A stretch of 64,000 bases of DNA from Vicugna vicugna (GCA_013265495.1 MU058198.1:4913779-4977778); one strand, 5' to 3'; positions 1 through 13,097 are shown, numbered from the stretch's first letter. Numbers and translations: made by a program. Notes: generated by a model not told the origin, from the sequence alone.

Positions 1-279
1 TTTTTATGGCTGAGTAGTATTCCATTGTATACATATACCATAACTTGTTTATCCATTCATCTGTCAGTGGGCATTTAGGTTGCTTCCATGTCTTGGCTAT
101 TGTAAATAGTTCTGCTGTGAACATAGGGGTGCATGTATCTTTTTGAATGAGAGTTCCCTCTGGCTATATGCCCAAGAGTGGGATTGCTGGATCATAGGGT
201 AAGTCTGTTTTCAGTTTTTTAAGGAATTTCCATACTATTTTCCATAGTGGCTGTAACAAAATACATTCCCACCAACAGT
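1..279 (-). mobile_element. LINE-1 ORF2 C-terminal fragment (5'-truncated; runs off the left edge of the window)
   Basis: Minus-strand ORF 164..385 contains [32 protein letters not shown], the L1 ORF2p C-terminal motif. Confidence 0.95.
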
Positions 280-514
280 GTTGTCTCTCTCTTTTTATTT
301 TTTTTTCAACCTGAAGGCCGAAAAATGCCATCTCATTGTTTAATTCGTCCTTTCTTACAAGGTTATTCTTATAACTTGAATGCACGTCGGCTTCTTTGTT
401 TCTCTTTTCCTCTAAATTACTAGTTCTGACCTTGGCCTGTTTTCCTGTTGGATTGTTTATCTTGGTGATTCCTGTTACGCTTCTTTTGTATTACTAATAG
501 TATTTGGAAGTGTC

Positions 515-850
515 CCCTGCAAGGAAAAGGGAACCGGATTAACAGGGACTTTAACAAATAAGGGTTTATTTTTCTTATGTAACAAGAAGCCTGGAGGTAC
601 GAGGCTGCTGGCATTTGCTCTGTGGCTCACTCTTGTCAGCTCCGGGGTCTCTGTAAGCCTTTTGCCTTTTCCCTTTGAACACAAAATAGTGCCAATGGCA
701 TCTGTCCTTTTTATCAGAAAGCTACAGCTTTCCCAGAATCTGCAAGGAAGTTTATAATGGCTGGAATGGAGACAGGAACAGTCAAAAGACATTGATAAGG
801 AGTTCTGGGTTAACTAACCAATAGTTCCTCCCACTTTGGTATTAACACCT
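515..850 (-). mobile_element. Old MaLR LTR remnant (MLT1J/K-like)
   Basis: ttaacaaataagggtttattttcttatgtaacaagaagcctggaggt resembles the antisense of old MLT1 LTRs; highly diverged. Confidence 0.4.
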
Positions 851-1216
851 CCTGTTACTTGCCATTTAAGTAACATTTGGCCATTTGTCATCAGTATCTT
901 AATGAAATTTGTAGTATCTTTCAGCTCACAGGAATTTACATTTTAGAAGGCAGTAAATTCTGTTAATACATTCATTTGTGATTTTAGTTTTCATTACTTC
1001 CATTATGAATTTTTTCCTATTTTTCTAATATAGCCATATTTCCAATTTTTGTTTCTTTTAAAAATCAATCTGGGATTTGATTTTATTTATGTGGGAAAAT
1101 ACTTCTTCTCCCTCCCCACAATGAAAATCAGTAGTTTTTATTTTTCCAAAACAAGTAGGAAATTTATTTTTCTTCTGTAAAAAAATTATAGTTTAGTTTA
1201 TAGTTAAGGGAGTTCT

Positions 1217-3025
1217 TTTCAGCTTTATTGAGGTATAATTGACAAGCAAAAATTATATATACTTAAGGTATGAAACTTGATGTTTTGAAGTATGTTTACA
1301 TTATGAAATAATCACTACAATCAAAAGAATTAACATTTCCTTCATCTCAGAACTTCATGTAACCATTCTCTTCCTCCCTTCCTCCTCGCTCCCTTCTTCC
1401 CTCCTTCCTTCCTTGCTTCCTGTGGTGAGAACCTTTAAGATCTACCCTCTTAGCAAACTTCAAATATACAACACAGTATTGTTAATTACAGTCACATTGT
1501 TGTACATTAGATTTAAAGAACTTAATCATGTTACATAATTGAAACTTTGTACCTTGACTAATATCTCCTCATTTTCTCCTTGCTAGATCCGTATAAATGA
1601 GATTCTATAGTATTTGTCTTCCTGTGTCTGGCTTATTTCAGTTAGCATAAAGTCCTAGGGGTTCATTCATGTGCACATAGCAGGATTTTATTCTTTTTTA
1701 AGACTGAATAATATTAATATAATAATATATATTTTTATTAATACTATTCTTTGTATGTCACACTTTATTTATCCATTCACTCATCAATGGACATTTAGAT
1801 GATTTCTATGTCACAGCTATTGTGAATAACGCTGCCATGGACATAGGGATGCATGTATCTTTTTGAATGAATGTTTTTGGTTTCTTTGGATAAATACCCA
1901 GGAATGAAATTGCTGTATCATCTAATAGTTCTATTTTTAGTTTCTTGAGGAACCTCCATACCGTTTTCCATAATGGTTGTATCAATTTACATTCTCATCA
2001 GCAATTGTTATCTTTTGTCTTTTTGATAATAGCCATTCTAGCAGGTGTGAGGTGATAGCTCATGGTAGTTTTGATTTACACTTTGATGATGATTAGTGAT
2101 GCTGAACATCTTTCATGTAACTGTTGGCAATTTGTATGTCTTCTTTTGAGAAATGTCTCCTCAGGTCCTTTGCCTATTTTAAAAATTGAGTTATTAGGTT
2201 TTTTGTTAATTAGTTTTTTTATTGAGTTGCATGAATTCCTTATGTATTTTGGATGCTAAACTTTTATCTGATATATAGTTTGCCAATCTTTTCTCCCATT
2301 CTGTAGGTTTCCATTTCACTCTATTGATTGTATCCTTCACTGTGCAAAAGCTTTTTAGTTTGATGAAATCTCATTTGACTATTTTTGCTTTTGTTGCCTG
2401 TGCTTTTGGTGTCATATTCAAAAAATTCATTGTCCAGACTAACATCAAGACAATTTTCCCCTTGTGTTTTCTTCTAGTAGTTTTCTGTTTTCAAGTCTTA
2501 CCTCCAAGCCTTTCCATTTTGTATGGTGTGAGGTAAGGGTTCAGTTTTATTCTTCTGCCTAGAAATGTCCAGTTTTCCCAATACCGTGTATTAAAGATAC
2601 CTTGCTTTCCCCATTGTGTGTTCATGGTATCTTTGGCGGTGGATTTGTGGATTTGTATCTGGAATCTTGATTCTGTTTCATTGGTCTGTATGCATGCTTT
2701 TATGCCACTACTATACAATTTTGATTTGTGTAGCTTTGTAATATATTTTGAATCCAGATTTGTTCTTCTTGCTCAAGATTGCTTTGGCTCCTTATGGTTT
2801 TTGTGGTTCTATGTGAATGATCGTGTTGAATCCGTAGATTACTCTGAGATGTTTTAACAACATTAATTCTTCCAGTGCATTGACACAGTATGTCTTTTAT
2901 TATCTGTGTCTTCAATTTCCTCTAACAATATTCTGGAATTTTCACTGTACCAATATTTGATTAAGTTTATTCCCATTTTATTTTTTTTTGTTGCTACTGT
3001 GAGTAGGAATTTTTCTCACTTTCTT
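1217..3025 (-). mobile_element. LINE-1 (L1MA9-like) 3' UTR plus the 3' half of ORF2, decayed
   Basis: Starts tttcagctttattgaggtataattgac (antisense L1MA-type 3' end). ORFs 2491..2718 and 2700..2915 on - give L1 ORF2-like peptides (QWGKQGIFN..YWENW, GRINVVK). Confidence 0.9.
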
Positions 3026-3044
3026 TTTATTTATTGCTTTATAA

Positions 3045-5422
3045 TATTTTTTCCCCAAACTTTCTTGAGGCATAATTGGCACATAACATTGTGTAAGTTT
3101 AAGGTGTACAATGTGATGATTTGACACATGTATGTATTGCACAATCTTTACTTCACACAGTTACCGTTTGTTGTTGTTGTTGTAACAATACATAATTTAC
3201 TCTCTTAGCAACTTTCAAGCATGCAATATAGTATTTTTAACTATAGTCACCACACTACTTTAGATCCCCAGAACTTACTCCTCTTCTAACTGGAAGTTTG
3301 TATTTGTTGATCAACATTTCCTCATTTTCCCTACCTTCTAGTCCTTGGCCCAGCAATCTACTCTCTTTGTATGAATTAGGCTTTTTTATGTTGTAATATA
3401 CTTTGAAATCATGTAGTGTGATGCCTCAAGCTTTGTTTTTTCTCAAGATTACTTTAGTTATTCAGGGTCTTTTATGGTTTACTATGAATTTGAGGATTTT
3501 TCCCCCCTATTTTGGGAAAATGTCATTGGGGTTTTGATAGGGATTGCATTGAATGTATAGATGGATTTGGGTAGTATGGACATTTAAACAATATTAACTC
3601 TTCATTCCATGAATATGGTTTATCTTTCCATTTATTTGTGTGTCTTCAATTTCTTTCATCACTGTCCTACAGTTTACAGTGTACAGATCTTTCACCTCCT
3701 TGGTTAAAGTTATTCCTAAGTATTATATTGTTTTTGATGCTTTTATAAATGGGATTGTTTTCTCTTTCAGAAAGTTCACTGATAGTGTATAAAAATGCAA
3801 CTTATTTTTGTATGTTGATTTTATACACTGCAACTTTACTAAATTTGTTAGTTCTAAGACATTTTTTGGTGGAGTTTTTTTTGTTTTGTTTTGTTTTGTT
3901 TTTTAGGATTTTCTATGTATAAGATCATATCTGTAAATAGAGATAATTTTACTTCTTCCTTTCTAATTTGGATAACTTTTATTTCTTTTTCTTATCTAAT
4001 TGCTCTACCTAGGACTTACAGTACTAGGTTAAAAAGGAGTAGTGAGAGTGGACACCCTTGGCTTCTTGTTCCTGATCTTAGAAGGAAAGCTCTCAATCTT
4101 TCACCACTGAGTATGATCTTAGCCATGGGCTTGTCATATATGGCCTTTATTATGTTGAGTTTTGTTTCTTCTGTATCCACTTTATTGAGAGTTTTTTTTT
4201 AAGTTATAAAAGATGTTGAATTTTGTTAAATGCTTTTTCTGTATTGAGATGACAAAATAATTTTTACCTTTTATTTTATTGATGTGTTGTAACATATTTA
4301 GTGATTTGCATATGTTGAGCCATCCTTGCATTCCAGGGATAAATCTCACTTGATTATGGTGTGTGATCCTTTTAATGTGCTGTTAAATTCAGTTTGCTAG
4401 TATTTTGTTGAGAATTTTTGCTGCTATCTTTTTAGGGAAATTGGCCTGTAGTTTTCTTTTCTTATGGTGTCTTGGTCTTCAAGTTTGCTGATTTTTCTTC
4501 TGCTTTGTTAAATTTGCTTTTGAAGTGTTCTATTGCATTTTTTAAATTTAAATGTATTATATTCTTCAGCTGCTGAATTTCTCTTTGGTTCTTTTTTTGT
4601 GATTTATAACTCTTTGTTGAACTTGTGTTATTTTCCTGATTTCATTGAACTGTCTGTGTTCTCTTGTAGCTTGCTGAGCATCTAAAATAATTACTCTAAA
4701 TTCTTTGTCAAGCAGTTTGTAGATCTCCATTTCTTCAGTTACTAGAAATTTATTGTGTTCTTTTGGTGGTGTTATGTTTCTTGATTTTTTTTCATGTACC
4801 TTATTGCCTTTGTGTCTGTGCATTTGAAAGAGCAGTCAGTTCTTCCAGACTTTATGGACTGGCTTCCATGGGGAAAGACCTTCACCTAGTGGGCACATGG
4901 GCACTGACTGGATAGGATGTGTGGTAGTGGTGGTTCTGGTGGCACAGCTTCAACTCTGGGCTGAGCAGTAGCAGCTGCAGCTCTGGCTCCCAGAGGGGAC
5001 AGCAGCATGGACTCCAAGCAGCTTCATTAACTGGGATCAGCATTGGTGTTGGCCAGGACTTCAGGGGTCCTCAGCAGTGAAGGCTGCATATATCTGCAGT
5101 GGTAGCAATGGCTGCTGAAATCCTCAGTGGCAAAGGCTTCTGGAGTCCTCCTGCTCTCTTTTTCCCCCATAGGGGGAAGTTGTGGCCAAGGAGATCCCTC
5201 ATGACCCTGAGCTGTGCCAGTCTGGCAGTAAACTAATGCAAGTAGAATTCTTTCTACACTTTTCTGTGCAGCCATCCTCTGTATTTTGTGGTCTACTGGG
5301 TTGCTACAGTTTCTTGATTATACCCCCAAACTCTTGAAGAACTATTTTTGTTGATGGATAGTTATTAAGTCATTGTTTTTATTGAGGGACCACCTAGTCC
5401 ACCATCTTGCTAATGTCACTCT
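3045..5422 (-). mobile_element. LINE-1 with 3' end, RT-region fragment, ORF1 N-terminus and 5' UTR; two large internal deletions
   Basis: 3' UTR ~3045-3390; RT region ~3391-4475 (antisense of the RQGCPLSPLLFN.VL-type motif at ~4020-4075); ORF 4566..4823 NITPPKEHN..EMEIYKLLDKEFRVIIL is ORF1p N-terminus-like; 5' end on - reads agagtgacattagcaagatggtgg. Confidence 0.85.
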
Positions 5423-8190
5423 CTGAATAGTGAGTTTCCTCAGTATCATAATGGAACTTTTCATCTGTTTCCATATTATCTCTTCTGTTCCACTCATTCA
5501 TCTCTCTACCAGAACCATATTCTTTTAATTACTACAGCTTCTTTTATGTGCTAATATTAATGCCCAGATGGCAAATACCTTTGCTTATTCCAACCACTTC
5601 AACACCAGATTTTTATTTTGGCTTATTCTTTAATTATTTGCTTCTACAGATAAATTTTGCAAGCAGATTGTTAAGTTTCATTTACATGTCACATTGTAAT
5701 TTTTATGGGGTTGCGCTGAAATAATAATCAATAAGTAAAATAAAAGATGAATACTTAACCTATTAAGTATCTTTAATATATTTCAGTAAAATTGTGTAAT
5801 TTTCCTTTCATCTTATGTATTTTTTTTGTTATGCTTATAACTAGGTATTCCATATTGGTATCATTATAATTAGGATCTTTTCCCGTTGTAAATTCTTATT
5901 GGTGTTGAGGAGAGCTATTGATTTTTGTTGCAGTTGGCTGCCTTTATAATGTTCTTATTAACTTAAAAAATAAGTTGATTTTAGCAGACTTTTTCCCCTT
6001 AGGTCAAGAATTAAAACACATGCAAATGAGGACAACTTGTGGTTTTTTAAAAATAATTTCAATTCCTCAATTTGTTTTCTTTTTGACTAAGTATGATGTC
6101 TAGAATATCTCAAACAATTCTGAATAATAACAGTGATAATAAACATTTGAGTTTAATCCTCCATTTTAATTGGAATGCTTTGTAATGTTTCACTCCTTGG
6201 TGTGGTGTTTCTAATAGATTTCTGCTGGATATCCTTTTTCAGATGAAATCAAATCTCCTTCCTTTTCTCACTTGCTGTGAATTTTTCTTGGGAATTTAGA
6301 TAGATATTTATCAGAATCAGCAATGTGTATTGAGATGGTCAGATAAGGTTTCTCCTTTATTTCATGAAGGTGGTTAATTTCAGAAATTTTAATAATGAAC
6401 CATCATAGTGTTTCTGAGAAAACTTTTACTTGATCCTGTTGTATTATAGGTGTAGACCCTGCTAGATTAAAACCACTGACCTTTGTTGTAATTTTTGGCA
6501 TTCGTGTTTATGTACTAAATTGGTTTGTCCTTTTGAGGGTTTTTGTTTCTGGTGAAGTACAGTTCAGTGTTTGCATCAGTTTTATGTTTGTCTTTGAGAA
6601 TGATTTGGAAAGCTTTCCATCTTTTTAATGTTCTAAAATAATCGCAGTAAAGTACAGATGACTTGTTATGAGAATGTGGGTAGAATTTTTCCGTAGAACT
6701 CTCTAGATCTGGTGATTTGGGAGGGTTATTTTGCTGACTTTTAATCTTTAAAAATTTCTCTTTGCTTTTTAAAACCCTTTTTTGAATTTAGTTTGGTAAG
6801 TTAACAATCCTTAATAATAAGCTATATAACCTGGATTTTCACATTTAGTGATATAAATTTATATGTACCATAAACTCCTTTGCATTTGTAGTTAAACTCC
6901 CTTTATCATCCCCAAAGATGTTATTTGTGCTCAGTTCCTTGATTGGGCTTGCTCGAAGTTTGTTCATTTTATTGCTCTTTTTAACAGAGCTAGCTTTTAG
7001 CTTTATTGCTGCAGTCTCCTATTTTTCTTTTGTTTTCTGTTTCATTTATTCCTACTTTTATCTTTATTCATTTTTGTATTCTTTCTTTTCACTTTCTTCA
7101 CTGTTTTTAATATTTCTGTTGTTCTTTTCCAGTTTCCTGAGTTGAATGTTTAGTTCATTTCTTTCCAGTCCTTATTTTCTTAGTTGAGTGTTTAGTTCAT
7201 TTCTTTTCAGTTTTTGTTTTCTAATGCAAGCATTTACTGTTATAAATTTTCCTCAGTCCTGCTAAATTCCGTAATTTAGATATATAGTTTTTCTAACTGT
7301 TCACTTCTAAACAGGTTGTAATTTCAGTTTAGAATTTCTGTTTAACCCAAGAGTTATTTAGAAAGCAGTGTTCAGTATATAAATGGATATTTTTGTGATA
7401 TTGTTACTTACGTTTGATTTTTGGCCATTTGTTAATAATGTCTAAATTGACCACATGAATTCCTCTATGCACCTGTGACAATTTTGACTGTTTTTGAATT
7501 TGAGCTTTTGTTTATGGGCTGATAAGAAACGTTGGAACTTTTGGTAAGTTAATTTTTAAAGGATGTATTTTCTCTGGGTACAAAATGTACTTGCAAAGTG
7601 CAGACCTGTTTACAGTTGACCCCTGAACAACATGGGTTAGAGCTATGCAGGCCCACTTATATGTGGATTTTTTTCGACAAAGGTATGCTACGTTACTACA
7701 CAATCTGTGGTTATTTGAGTCTGTGGATGTGAAACCACGTATAGGTGGGGCCAGCAGTAAAGTTCTATGCAGATTTTGGACTGTGTGGATGGTGGGCATC
7801 CCTAACTCCCACATTGTTCAAGGGTCAACTGTATTTACCTGTACATAAGCATATATATGAATGTATCTCTGTTTACTCAGACTTGTTAATTGTCATCATT
7901 GAAATCTTTTGTATGTTTTTCTTTTGATCTGTGAATATATTGAGTGGGAAGTGTGTACTTTTTCCTTGGAATTCCAAATGATTTTGGTGTATGTATTTTG
8001 AAGTTCTATTGTTTGATGCATAACATTTCATAACTTTTGTAGCTTCTTATCTGGTCATCTTTTATTAATAAAATACCCTCCTCTGTCCTTATGATGTCTC
8101 TTGAATTCTGTCTTTTTCCTGATATTTCAATTACTAATTCCATTTTCTTTTTTTCTACATTTAACTGACATTTTGCCCTTTTATTATTTT
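5423..8190 (-). mobile_element. Ancient LINE-1 (L1ME-like) ORF2 remnant
   Basis: T-rich sequence with degenerate antisense ORF2 landmarks in the expected order (e.g. accatattcttttaattactacagctt, tagaatttttccgtagaactctctagatctgg). Confidence 0.7.
7613..7831. mobile_element. Tigger2-derived non-autonomous TcMar MITE (219 bp)
   Basis: TIRs CAGTTGACCCCTGAACAA / TTGTTCAAGGGTCAACTG (17/18 match), flanked by TA at 7611-7612 and 7832-7833. Confidence 0.93.
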
Positions 8191-8203
8191 TTAATTTAAT
8201 CTG

Positions 8204-8548
8204 TTTTTTAATTGAAGTATGGCCAGTTACAGTGTATCAATTTCTGGTATACAGCATAATGTTTCAGTCATACATATCTCTATATATATTTGTTTTCATA
8301 TTCTTTTTCATTATAAGTTACTACAAGATATTGAATATAGTTCCCTGTACTACACAGAAGAAATTTGTTTTTTTATCTATTTTATATATAGTGGTTAGTA
8401 TCTGCAAATCTTGAACTTCCAATTTATCCCTTTCTAAGTTTGTTTACTATGTCTATGAGTCTGTTTCTGTTTTGTTGATAAGTTCATTAACGTCTTCTTT
8501 TTTCTTAGATTCCACATATGAGACCTACCATATGGTATTTTTCTTTTC
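8204..8548 (-). mobile_element. Lineage-specific (camelid-type) L1 3' UTR fragment
   Basis: ttttttaattgaagtat...tagattccacatatgag is the reverse-complement counterpart of the + strand L1 3' end at 39288-39719. Confidence 0.88.
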
Positions 8549-10194
8549 TTTTCAATCTTTTTGAGTTACTTTGTTGCAGGAGGGTGTCTTTTAATGAGCA
8601 TATATGTATATATATAATGAAACATCTTCTGGCATCACAAATTTGAAAATTCTCTATTAGTTGAAAAAGCCTCACACCTTGACTGCCTTGACAAATTCTG
8701 CTCAGCCTTTGAGATAAATTCAAATATCACCTCCCATATGAAACCTTTTTAGATATTCTTAGCCCTGAAAAAACTGAAAATAAGTGGATTTCTCCTTTCT
8801 CTTTCTATGTCACTTTATTGTATATAAATTCTAACACTTTAAACATTGTGTTATCCATATATACTTAATGAACTTTCTCCAGGATTCATGAAAAAGAAAT
8901 TGAAATTCTTTGTAATCTCCCTGTTCCCAACCCCTCCCCCCAAAACAATTACTGCTATTCTTGGTTCTGCAACCACCCTGCAGAGACCATGGGATCTCCT
9001 GAGTAATCAGAGTTGATGCCTGCTGCATGCAGAAGGATTTCAAAGTAAAGAAAGAGAAGGAAATTTTATATAGAGGCACCAAGGCAGGAAAGCATTGGGC
9101 TTGTTTGGGACTTTACTAGATGGTCACTGTGGCTAGAAACTACTTTTCTATTAAAGAGGGAGCAGGAAGTGGTGGTAGGTGAGGATGAAAAAGGAATAGA
9201 TTTTCAGGTGGAAACACTCTTTTCCTGCAAGGGGAGATGCAGAGTCTGTTGGCCCATTACAAAGTCTTTGGGACTCAACTTGGACCTTTTACCTAATCAT
9301 TTCCCATTTCACTCCTATGGTTGAATGGCTGGCAGTCCTTGGACTCCTAAAAAAATGGAGTTTAGCTTGGAGAAGTCACTCAAGGAATATTTTTGCCAAG
9401 GGAACTGAGACATGGCGAAGGATTGTGGCACTCATAAATAATGTGACACGTTCTGATTTTTCTGCCGTCCCTGCTAGTGCTTGATCGTATTGGGGGTTTA
9501 TATTATGTGCTCACTTTTCCACTCAGATGCCTGGCAGGTTGGGCATGAGGCTCGTTTTGCTTTTTTTGTGTGTTGATTATTTGCTTACTGTCCTTGATTC
9601 CAGGCAGAAGGGCACATTGCAAAGGGCTGTCATCACTGTTTCCCGTTGTCCCCAGCTGGGCGAGCACTGATGCTCATGTGGTGTTATAGATGGGGCTGGT
9701 GGATCATTAGTCCTCTGCCTCAGAGAGCCCGCCTCTGTTGTGTTTGGTGCCTTCACCCCTGCCATTGCCTGTCCTTCTCTTTCTTCCAGAATAATTCCCA
9801 TCACTGTTCTTTCTTGAGTTTACTCCCGAGACTGCCCTCCCAAAACCTAGCCCCCTCCTCCATTCCAGTGGCCAGAGGTAGCTGAAACACAGATTCCTCT
9901 GGAAGAAAGCTCTGGGGCATAGCTCGTGGGACACAGTTAGAGGACTCGGGCAGACAATCTCTATTGCTCCAATGGAGGGGAGTGGGGTCAGGTGGGAGGA
10001 CTCTGGGGATGAACAGCTAGATCAGGAGCTAGTGTGTTGGAAAACAACCAAGAATTTGTCGCCTGTTGACACTACTTCCAAAAGGTTCCATTCGGTTCGG
10101 TTCAGTTTTGACAGTGACATACAATCTCTTAATAAGAAATACCTATAATCACTTTAGAAAAGTTTTTAATGGGCCTGGCTGTGATACAGTAATA

Positions 10195-10390
10195 ATGGTG
10201 GATCGTTAGGGACCATGGGCTCCGTGTCCTGATCTGTGTGTTTTATATATTCACTCATTAATCACTAATGACAATAGTTATCAGGTGGGTTCTATGTTAT
10301 CTGCCTTTATCAGTGAGGAAGATGACATAAGGGACTCATCAGAAGCCAGATGAGTAGGTGATGGAGCTGGGATTTGAATCAGTGTTGCCA
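10195..10390 (-). mobile_element. MIR SINE
   Basis: ttatctgcctttatcagtgaggaag...gatggagctgggatttgaatc resembles the antisense MIR core. Confidence 0.65.
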
Positions 10391-10999
10391 AGGTTTGGTG
10401 AGAAAACCATCATCAAGGCTTCTCATGACAACTAGACTCTTACTGTCCCCGAGTTTTACTTGATTCTCTTTGAATCCTCTTTGTCCAGCTCTTTTCTGAA
10501 TCCTTTTCCTCTGAAAGTCCTCAAGGACTCCTTTAACTCTGGGCTTTACTTCTTGTCCTACCAACTCTCTTTGAAGTATGCTCACCTCTCTCTGCTCTCC
10601 TCTCTCTGTATGTTGATACCCACAGTCTAGACCTTTCCCGAACTGTAGTGCCACACGTAGTCTGGGCGCTCCTTTTTGGATGATTCACAGAGCCTCATCT
10701 CAGCATTTTGGTAACTATCTTGATTAATGAAGTTTCTTAGAAACTTGAAGTTCATGCTAGATGCTCCCACTCCCTCACCACCCCCGTGTGTACACACAGA
10801 AGAAAGGGCAGCAAATTCGTTCTCTACCTTTTATATCCACTGTCCCGCCTTCCAGTCCATTTTCCACAGCAAAGCTAGAATGAACTGTATTTTTAAAACA
10901 ATTAAGGCAAATGTTGTTACCCCCTATTTAAAGTCCTCAAGTGGTCTCCATCACTTTTAAGATAACATCACAGATTTACATAGAACATAGAAATTTGTT

Positions 11000-11180
11000 G
11001 ACATTCACTGAATCTTCATGACTCTGTGAAGTAGTTATTATTACCCCCATTATCCAGATGAGGAAATGGAGGCACACAGAGGTTCAGTTATTTTCCCAGG
11101 GTCTCAGAGACTGTAAGTGATGAAGCAGAGATTCAACTTCAGACGATGTGAGTCCAGAGGCCATTCGTAACCATTAGCTT
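11000..11180 (-). mobile_element. MIR SINE
   Basis: attattacccccattatccagatgaggaaatggaggcacacagaggtt is the antisense MIR core. Confidence 0.85.
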
Positions 11181-11371
11181 TTGCTGCCAATCTCCTTCTC
11201 GTGGCACATCCCATGTGACCCCACCCGAGATGTTCAGACTTCTCCAGTTTTTCTTGGCCAAGGTGATGGAGAGACTGAGTCCTGGAAAGATGAGGAGACA
11301 TGGGGCAGATCTTCCAGCCAGCTAGCCCATGGACATAGAGTGGGAGCAAGAAATAAACCCCAACTCTTCAA

Positions 11372-11812
11372 GGTGTTGATGGTGATGATGATGATGGTGG
11401 TGGTGGTGGTGATGATGATGATGATGGTGGTGATGATGATAATAATGGTGGCGATGATGATAGTTGATAGTAATGATGGTGGGTGGTGGTAGAAGTGATG
11501 ATGGTGATGAGGATGGTAATGATGAGGATGGTAATGATGAAGATGGTGATGATGACGATGGTGGTGGTGATAATGATGATGGTGGTGGTGATGATAATGG
11601 TGATGATGATGGTGGTTATGATGATAATGATGATGGTGGTGGGTGGTTGTAGAAGTGATGGTGGTGATGAGGATGGTGGTGATGATGATAATGATGATGG
11701 TGGTGGGTGGTTGTAGAAGTGATGATGGTGATGAGGATGGTGGTGATGATGATAATGATGATGGTGCTGGGTGGTGGTAGAGGTGATGAGGAGGAGGATG
11801 GTGATGATGATG
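11372..11812. repeat. (GAT/GGT)n low-complexity repeat with a 64-bp higher-order unit
   Basis: Triplet runs punctuated by gggtgg(t/g)gtaga(a/g)g; the aga(a/g)g anchor recurs at 11491, 11651, 11715 and 11779. Confidence 0.97.
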
Positions 11813-12504
11813 TCCATGGTAAGACACTGGCACATTCTGGGGCTCAATGAATTTTGGTGGATGATGGGCTGAAATTGTTCAGATTCCACATTGTGAACAC
11901 CAAGAACAGGCCTATATACCATCCATAAAAGTCATACATCACTCTGGACAGAAATCTCTACATATCATCAGGGACTGAATCAAGACAAAATGCACATTAC
12001 CTGCTTTGTGCTAGGTCTTTTGCAGTGGGAAGAGCAGAATCACATGATCATTGGGCAGTACCAAGGGCGATAATTCTAAGAGGAATGGGAGGGTCAGATC
12101 ACTGCAAATTTGTCTGTAGCACCAGATTCCACATCTGAGCTGTATTAATTACATCAAAATAGCTTAGTTTTCACCATTTCTTTTCTTTTTAAAGAACTCC
12201 CACAGTTTTGTAGGATTGACTCTATAATCATCAATTTGTGAGGCATTTGATGAGTCAACAATGTTGCATTACAGCTCTCAATAGAGGAAAATATCAAATC
12301 AAAGAGTATACATGTAAAGCTGGGAATATGTCAGGATCATTTAGTTCTGCTCAGGGCTGATTTTATGAGGCAGAAACAACACAAGATATGATCTTAGTCT
12401 GACTATTTGGATGGCCCTCAGAACATCTATCAGTCTTTGGCTCTGAATGCAGTCTGCAGGTCCAACAGCCCTCTAACGTGCGGCTTTTTAATTTTTTATT
12501 TCTT

Positions 12505-12732
12505 TTTTTTTCCAACATTTTTTATTGATTTATAATCATATTACAATGTTGTGTCAAATTCCAGTGTTCAGCACAATTTTTCAGTCATTCATGGACATAT
12601 ACACACTCATTGTCACATTTTTTTCTCTGTGATTTATCATAACATTTTGTGTATATTTCCCTGTGCTATACAGTGTAATCTTGTTTATCTATTCTACAGT
12701 TTTGAAATCTCAGTCTATCCCTTCCCACCCAA
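12505..12732 (-). mobile_element. Young, heavily 5'-truncated camelid-type L1 3' end with 15-bp TSD
   Basis: Perfect TSD AATTTTTTATTTCTT at 12490-12504 and 12733-12747; T-tract at the left end; target TTCTT/AA fits the L1 endonuclease preference. Confidence 0.92.
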
Positions 12733-12747
12733 AATTTTTTATTTCTT

Positions 12748-13097
12748 AAGTCATCATACAGTACAAATCACTTTTTTAAAGTATACAGTTCTATGAATTT
12801 TAACACATACAGAGATTCATGTGTTACGTTTATGGCCACCACCACAATTGGAATGCAGAATAGTTCTATCGCCGCCCTCCTCAAATTATTTCTTGTCATG
12901 CCCTCCTCCCACCCCTGCCTCTTGGCTACTACTGGTCTGTTCTCCCATCAAATAGTTCAGTCATTTGAGAATGTTGTACCAATGAGATCATACCATACGT
13001 GACCTTTTGAGACTGCTTTCTTTCACTGGCTAATGTCTTTGAGACCCATCCAAGTCTTTGTGTGTATTTATACTTCACTCATTTTATTGTTGAGTAG
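12748..13097 (-). mobile_element. Older L1 (L1MC-like) 3' UTR
   Basis: aaagtatacagttctatgaattttaacacatac...tgaccttttgagactgctttctttcact matches the antisense L1MC-type 3' UTR. Confidence 0.75.

Noticed and set aside
11478..11812. Regularly spaced repeats as a possible CRISPR-like array
   Set aside because: The intervening sequences are the same low-complexity triplets rather than unique spacers, the DNA is mammalian, and no cas genes are present
11234..11922. 199-aa and 184-aa His/Ile/Ser-rich ORFs on the minus strand
   Set aside because: They stay open only because the (ATC/ACC)n repeat has no stop codons; there is no domain or gene context
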